DNA of 64,000 nt from an uncultured delta proteobacterium (GTDB lineage Bacteria; Desulfobacterota; RBG-13-43-22): positions 192,001-256,000 of the forward strand of contig CAVQFQ010000005.1 of NCBI GenBank assembly GCA_963711835.1, given 5' to 3'. Both the position numbers and the translations under genes were made by a program. Position 1 is the first letter of the stretch. Each line of letters opens with the position of its first letter. This document shows positions 59,039 through 64,000 of this stretch, one piece after another. Below the pieces are notes generated by a model. It made no database searches and was not told the origin of the DNA. It saw only the letters and a program-made list of their open reading frames with translations.

Positions 59039-59174
59039 AACCCTCTCAACGATCCGCTCTCAGCGCCGAACCTTCCGGCGGGTAAGGACCTGAATCTTCT
59101 CTTTCGAACTTTCCCCTGGTACCGTTCAAAAGGATCGGCATCCGATTAGGGTCTCAAAATAATTGTGACCAACA

Positions 59175-59387
59175 GGGACCGAGGGGTCTTCTTTTCTGGG
59201 TTGTCCACCTTCAAGCCCGAAGCTTCTTTGCCGGGCCAAATTCGGGATCTAATTCAAAGACAGGCCTACACTATGCCCGAAACGGACTTAGGTGAATGCC
59301 CTGCACCTAATCCACTTAGCCGACCGGGCCGGGATAGGGCGATGATTTACCCTTTGGACAACCCAGAAAAGAAGACCCCTCGGTCCC
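59175..59387 (-). repeat. Rod-like palindromic element, copy C (opposite orientation to A and B), between glyQ and glyS
   Basis: Perfect 33-bp inverted repeat 59175-59207 / 59355-59387; reverse-complement core aligns with A and B. Confidence 0.9.
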
Positions 59388-59434
59388 ACTAATGCAATCT
59401 TCTCGATTTCATCTTACGACTATGAGACCCTTAC

Positions 59435-60307
59435 TTAAATGGAAAGCAAGGGGAACCCTGATGATTCTCTTTGGGCCAGGTGTTCCTGGGCCACCGATCG
59501 GGCCAATTCGCGTATCCGGGCTATGTAGCCCGTCCTTTCGGTAACACTGATAGCCCCCCGGGCGTCCAGGATATTAAAGACATGGGAACATTTTAAACAG
59601 AAATCATAGGCCGGTCGGGGAAGGTTCAGGGCCGTCAGGCGCCGGCTCTCCTGCTCATAATCCTGAAAGTGTTTTTTTAACAGGCCGACATCGGCCTGGT
59701 CGAAATTATAGGTTGAAAATTCAAACTCGGTCCGGTGATGGATCTCACCATAGGCTATCCGGTCGTTCCATTTTAAATGGTAAACATTATCCACATCCTG
59801 GAGATACATAGCGATCCGTTCCAGGCCATAGGTCAGTTCCACCGGGATGGGAGAAAGATCGATCCCGCCGCATTGCTGAAAATAGGTAAACTGGGTTATT
59901 TCCATCCCGTCCAGCCAGACTTCCCAGCCTAAGCCCCAGGCCCCTAAGGTGGGTGATTCCCAGTCGTCTTCCACGAAGCGGAGGTCATGGTCCAGGGCCT
60001 GGATACCGAAGCTCTCCAGACTTTTCAGGTAGATCTCCTGAACATCCCGGGGGGAGGGTTTAAGGATGACCTGGTACTGGTAATAATGCTGCAAGCGGTT
60101 GGGGTTTTCTCCATAGCGGCCGTCGGTCGGCCGCCGGGAGGGTTCGACATAGGCCGCCCGCCAGGGTTCAGGTCCCAAGACCCTCAGGAAGGTAGCCGGA
60201 TGAAAAGTCCCGGCCCCAACTTCGCAATCATAGGGTTGCAGCAAAAGGCAGCCCTGGTCGGCCCAAAAGGCATTCAGGGCTTCGATTAATTCTTGAAAGG
60301 TCAGCAC
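59435..60307 (-). CDS. glyQ: Glycine--tRNA ligase alpha subunit
   Basis: [59 protein letters not shown]. Confidence 0.98.
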   Translation of the reverse strand: MLTFQELIEALNAFWADQGCLLLQPYDCEVGAGTFHPATFLRVLGPEPWRAAYVEPSRRPTDGRYGENPNRLQHYYQYQVILKPSPRDVQEIYLKSLESFGIQALDHDLRFVEDDWESPTLGAWGLGWEVWLDGMEITQFTYFQQCGGIDLSPIPVELTYGLERIAMYLQDVDNVYHLKWNDRIAYGEIHHRTEFEFSTYNFDQADVGLLKKHFQDYEQESRRLTALNLPRPAYDFCLKCSHVFNILDARGAISVTERTGYIARIRELARSVAQEHLAQRESSGFPLLSI

Positions 60308-60337
60308 TCAACCTCCTCTATTCGGAATTTTTCGTTT

Positions 60338-61096
60338 TTATTCATAGGCTTCCTGAACCTGTTTCAGATAGCGAACCGATTCCAGTTCCTTACCGAGCAC
60401 TTGCCGTGAAAAGTCTTCCAGGATATTTTCAATTTCCGCTTTGACAGCCGGGGTAAAACGGATCCGGAAGACTTTGGAAAGTTCTTTAACCAGGGATTGT
60501 TGAAGGCTTTGAAGCGCCCCCGGGGAAATTCGGGCCCCCTTCCCTTTAAGGCAACCCGGGCAGAGGACCCCTCCCCTTTCCGAAGAAAAAAACGGTTCGG
60601 CGATGGCCTCGATCTTTTTTCGGCAAGCCAGACAAGAACCGAGATGAAGTCCGTATCCGGCCAACTTGAGGAGCCGGAGTTCAACTATGGCTTTTAGCGC
60701 CGGATCCCCGTTCTTTTGATTTAAACGATGTAAGGCTTCGGTGAGTAAGTCAAAGACCTCTCTATTGGGATCCCGGATCGGGAACAACTCCTTGATCATT
60801 TCACAGAAGAATCCGGCCTGTCCCCATTTTCGGAAATCTTTGCCGATGCCCGCAAAGGATTCAATCAATTCCCCTTGATCGAGGCGGACCAGGGAAGCAT
60901 TTTCTTTTTCAAAAAAGAACAACCGGACCCAGGATAAGGGCTCGAGACAATGAATAAATCTCCTTTTGCTCTTCTTAGCCCCTTTGGCTATGCCAACCAG
61001 CCGTCCCAGGTCGGCTGAAAAAAAATTGACGATCAGGTCCGATTCCTGAAAAGGTTTGACCTGTAAAATGATTGCCTCGGTATTTGCAGCCGGCAT
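60338..61096 (-). CDS. recO: DNA repair protein RecO
   Basis: ESDLIV.FFS..GRL..AKGAKKSKRRF..LEP, Zn-finger CLAC...CPGC; directly upstream of glyQ. Confidence 0.93.
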   Translation of the reverse strand: MPAANTEAIILQVKPFQESDLIVNFFSADLGRLVGIAKGAKKSKRRFIHCLEPLSWVRLFFFEKENASLVRLDQGELIESFAGIGKDFRKWGQAGFFCEMIKELFPIRDPNREVFDLLTEALHRLNQKNGDPALKAIVELRLLKLAGYGLHLGSCLACRKKIEAIAEPFFSSERGGVLCPGCLKGKGARISPGALQSLQQSLVKELSKVFRIRFTPAVKAEIENILEDFSRQVLGKELESVRYLKQVQEAYE

Positions 61097-61121
61097 GATT
61101 GTCCCAAATAATCCAAACCCG

Positions 61122-62417
61122 TTATGGATAGAGGCGATAGAGCGTTCTGGGGAAAGGAATGGTCTCCCGGACATGCTTCAGGCCGCAAACCCAGGTCACC
61201 AGGCGTTCCAGCCCCAATCCGAAGCCGCCATGGGGAACGCTCCCATACCGTCTCAGGTCCAGGTACCATTTTAGATCCTCTTCCGACAGCCCGTTTTCCC
61301 GTATCCTTTCCTGCAAGCGGGCTAGATCCGCTTCCCTCTCAGACCCGCCGATAATTTCCCCATATCCTTCGGGCGCCAAGAGGTCCATGTTCAGGACCAG
61401 CCGGGGGTCCTCCGGATCTCTTTTCATATAAAAGGCCTTGGAGGCCGCCGGATAACGATGAATAAAAACCGGTTTTTCGAACCGCAAAGAAATTTGGGTT
61501 TCTTCATCTCCGCCCAGGTCTTCACCGAAGGCCAGGGCCATTCCGCAATCGCTCAATACATCAAGGGCTTCTTGATAGGAGAGGCGTGGGAAAGGCGGCC
61601 TTACTTTTTCCAGGGCGGCTGGGTCCCGCTCCAGGAGTTTGAGTTCTTCGGAGCGGTTTTCCAACACCCGGGTCACCATAAAGGAAACCAACTGCTCCGA
61701 CCAGAAAACCAGTTCTTCCAAATCGGCGAAGGCAATTTCAGGTTCCACCATCCAAAATTCGGTCAGGTGGCGCCGGGTTTTGGACTTTTCCGCCCGGAAG
61801 GCCGGCCCGAAACAATAGACCCGGCTAAAGGCCATGGCCCCGGCTTCCATATAGAGCTGGCCGCTTTGAGAGAGATAGGCCTGGCCCTGATCAAAATAGG
61901 GGGTCGCAAAAAGATTGCTGGTTCCTTCGCAGGCCGCCGGAGTCAGGATGGGGGCATCCAACAGAATAAAATGATGGTTGTCCAAAAAGTCCCGGGCCGC
62001 CCGGACCAGTTCATGACGGATCCACAAGACCGCTTGCTGGCGGGCCGTTCGCAGCCATAGGTGCCGGTTTTCCATCAAAAAAGCGATACCGTGTTCCTTG
62101 GGAGAAATGGGATAATCCTGGGCCGTATTAAAAAGAGTGAGGCTGGAAACCTCCAGTTCCACCCCGCCCGGGGCCCGGGGATCTTCGTGAAGCACCCCGG
62201 TCAGAGAAAAGGAGGTTTCCTGGGTCAGTTGATCATAGGCCTCAAGAACGGCCGGGGCCACCCGGCTTTTTATCAAGAGGGCCTGCAGGATGCCGGTTCC
62301 GTCCCGTAGGACTGCAAAACGGACCTGCCCGCTGGAGCGTTTATGAACCAACCAGCCCCGGATGGTGACTTCCTGCCCCAGAAACTCCCGGCATTGACGG
62401 ATAAAAATTTTAGACAT
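61122..62417 (-). CDS. asnS: Asparagine--tRNA ligase
   Basis: LRDGTG, RHLWLR, CEGTSNLF, YLSQSGQLY.E, FRAEKSKTRRHLTEFWM.EPE, RRYGSVPHGGFGLGLER. Confidence 0.95.
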   Translation of the reverse strand: MSKIFIRQCREFLGQEVTIRGWLVHKRSSGQVRFAVLRDGTGILQALLIKSRVAPAVLEAYDQLTQETSFSLTGVLHEDPRAPGGVELEVSSLTLFNTAQDYPISPKEHGIAFLMENRHLWLRTARQQAVLWIRHELVRAARDFLDNHHFILLDAPILTPAACEGTSNLFATPYFDQGQAYLSQSGQLYMEAGAMAFSRVYCFGPAFRAEKSKTRRHLTEFWMVEPEIAFADLEELVFWSEQLVSFMVTRVLENRSEELKLLERDPAALEKVRPPFPRLSYQEALDVLSDCGMALAFGEDLGGDEETQISLRFEKPVFIHRYPAASKAFYMKRDPEDPRLVLNMDLLAPEGYGEIIGGSEREADLARLQERIRENGLSEEDLKWYLDLRRYGSVPHGGFGLGLERLVTWVCGLKHVRETIPFPRTLYRLYP

Positions 62418-62497
62418 GGTTAAATTGGAAAGTTAGAGATAAATTTTCAGATTGTTAACACATTAGGTGTTTGAAAATTTGTCAAAGCTAATTTTTC

Positions 62498-62660
62498 TTG
62501 GCACGGATTACACGGATAAACACGGTTAAGTTAAGAAAGGGATTGGCAAGGTTGCCAATCCCTTGCCTTCCGGCCCCTGGAGGGCAGTATGATTTTTCCC
62601 CCGCGATCCTTCCGCAGGGGAAAAATAAAGCATCCGTGGCATCCGTGAAATCCGTGCCAA
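62498..62660. repeat. Inverted arrays of CACGGA(T) units enclosing three internal hairpins
   Basis: TTGGCACGGATTACACGGATAAACACGG ... ATCCGTGGCATCCGTGAAATCCGTGCCAA; inner stems AAGGGATTGGCAA/TTGCCAATCCCTT, GCCTTCC/GGAGGGC, ATTTTTCCCC/GGGGAAAAAT. Confidence 0.8.
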
Positions 62661-62709
62661 AAGTTTATAGAAAGCTAAATAAATTCTCAGATTGTAATTT
62701 CCAAAAACT

Positions 62710-63657
62710 CTAAAGCAATATCTGGATATACGACCGCTCCCGCAATTTCAGGATCCATTGGCCGAAACGCTTGTCCACTTCTTCTTGAAAAAGTCTTTCT
62801 TGAATCCGGTCCTTGGCTTCAAGATAGGTCAGCTCCTTTTTCTGTTTATAATCTATCAGTCGTATGATCTGCCAGCCCTGAGGCGACTGGAGGATGGAGC
62901 TGACCTCCCCCGGTTTCAGCTTTATTACGGTCTCACGAAGAGCCGGGTCGATTTCATCCAGGGCAAATATCCCCAGGTCCCCCCCCTGGGAAGCGGAAGG
63001 ATCCTGGGAATAGGATCGGGCCAGGTCCTCAAAGGCCTCCCCTTTTTTAAGCCGGGCCAGGACTTCTTCGGCCTTCAGCCTTTGTTTTGAGGCTTCTTCC
63101 GTGCTGTTTGGATTGACCATTATAAGAATATGGGCCAGGTGGACCCCCTCGGGCTGCTGAAATTTGTCTTTATTGTTCTGATAGGCTTCCTGGATCACAG
63201 TCTCCGAAATGACGATCTTACTTCCGATTTCCCGGCTCACCAGTTTATAGCGCTGGATCTGTTCCCGGATCTTACCGCGAATTTCCTCTTCCGTCAGGCC
63301 TTCCCGCTCCAGGCTGGCCTTAAAGGCCTCGGCCTTCTCCAATCCCTGTTCTTTGCGAAGGCGGTTGATGGTCTGTTCCACCTCTTCTTTTGAGACCTGA
63401 AGCCCGGCCTTTTTTATGGATTGGTCCACCAATTTTTGATCAATAAGGGTGAATAAAACCTCCTTCCGGATCTCGTCTTGCTTTCCCTCGGGAATCTGCG
63501 AAGCCACTGTTTTCATGGCTTTTTCCAGCTCCAAGGAGGTCACAATATCGTTATTGACGATGGCCACGATCCGGTTGGAGGTTTGGGCCTGCAGGCTTCC
63601 CCCGGCCAGGGTTCCCATCAAGGCCAGGAACCAGTACATGATCTGTTTTTTCAGCAT
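62710..63657 (-). CDS. SurA-like periplasmic chaperone/PpiC peptidyl-prolyl isomerase
   Basis: Signal peptide, NRIVAIVNNDIVT, HLAHILI, FEDLARSYSQDPSASQGGDLG, GEVS..SPQGWQII. Confidence 0.9.
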   Translation of the reverse strand: MLKKQIMYWFLALMGTLAGGSLQAQTSNRIVAIVNNDIVTSLELEKAMKTVASQIPEGKQDEIRKEVLFTLIDQKLVDQSIKKAGLQVSKEEVEQTINRLRKEQGLEKAEAFKASLEREGLTEEEIRGKIREQIQRYKLVSREIGSKIVISETVIQEAYQNNKDKFQQPEGVHLAHILIMVNPNSTEEASKQRLKAEEVLARLKKGEAFEDLARSYSQDPSASQGGDLGIFALDEIDPALRETVIKLKPGEVSSILQSPQGWQIIRLIDYKQKKELTYLEAKDRIQERLFQEEVDKRFGQWILKLRERSYIQILL

Positions 63658-63723
63658 ACCTTTGTTCTCCCGGTTTTCCGGATTGGGATTTTTTCTTTTC
63701 TTGTTTCCAGGGGATCTAAAAAA

Positions 63724-63756
63724 GAATGCCCTGACTGCCAGGGCATTCCGAATTTT
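63724..63756. terminator. Probable bidirectional terminator hairpin
   Basis: GAATGCCCTG-ACTGC-CAGGGCATTC flanked by an A-run on the left and a T-run on the right. Confidence 0.6.
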
Positions 63757-63777
63757 TATAGGGAAACGACTTGGCCC

Positions 63778-64000
63778 TCAATCGGCAATCTCATAGCCTG
63801 TTTTTTTCAGTTCGGCGACGACCCGGCTCTTGGTGTCCGGTTGCTCGGCTTTGATCCGGATGTAAACCCGCAATAAGTCCGTCGTCCTCCGGGGCATGGA
63901 AAACACACTGGTTATATTAATCCCCAACCCTTCCAGCAGTGACACGATCTTACCTAAGGTCCCGGCCTGGAGGTCGACATTCTCCAGAGATATGATTTCA
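63778..64000 (-). CDS. 3' end of an ACT-domain protein (AcuB-like CBS-ACT suspected), truncated by window
   Basis: Manual translation ...DLQAGTLGKIVSLLEGLGINITSVFS...VYIRIKAE...VVAELKKTGYEIAD*. Confidence 0.7.
   Translation of the reverse strand, partial: EIISLENVDLQAGTLGKIVSLLEGLGINITSVFSMPRRTTDLLRVYIRIKAEQPDTKSRVVAELKKTGYEIAD

Noticed and set aside
59165-59392. 75-aa ORF spanning element copy C (and 80-aa ORF 11660..11902 over copy A) as a conserved peptide
   Set aside because: Reading frames are not conserved among copies; copy B has stops and indels; similarity is at nucleotide and structure level
59040-59434. T-box riboswitch for glyQS
   Set aside because: Lies between the genes rather than upstream, no T-box AAGGTGGNACCGCG-type antiterminator context, and is explained by the dispersed element

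Overview
64 kb of bacterial chromosome, most consistent with an anaerobic Desulfobacterota/deltaproteobacterium (inferred from gene content). Left end (0-7 kb): three toxin-antitoxin pairs, a nucleotidyltransferase, hemerythrin, adenine deaminase and an APH/AAA_33 kinase. Middle: UPF0182, CorC-like protein, a B12 radical SAM enzyme, pcm, ADP-forming acyl-CoA ligase, 5'-nucleotidase, an S1/RpsA paralog, then a fatty-acid uptake/activation cluster (FadH-like reductase, acyl-CoA dehydrogenase, Liv-type ABC transporter with two acyl-CoA synthetases) and ald. An AT-richer signalling islet follows (kinase, regulator, HD-GYP, GIY-YIG, SnoaL, IS91 relic, split AtuA). Right end: intact housekeeping genes (mtgA, diguanylate cyclase, ftsY, smc, glyS, glyQ, recO, asnS, SurA-like). 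About a dozen genes carry single-base frameshifts, probably long-read errors. The most unusual signal is non-coding: three copies of a ~215-235 bp rod-like element (11666-11899, 22701-22929, 59175-59387) plus a shorter relative (29959-30067). Each copy has 33-44 bp arms that are complementary within the copy but differ between copies by compensatory changes, around a conserved core hairpin. Other intergenic element families are also present: four-helix-bundle gene stubs, short-period repeat cassettes, two MITEs and decayed attC-like sites. No rRNA, tRNA or CRISPR array was seen.
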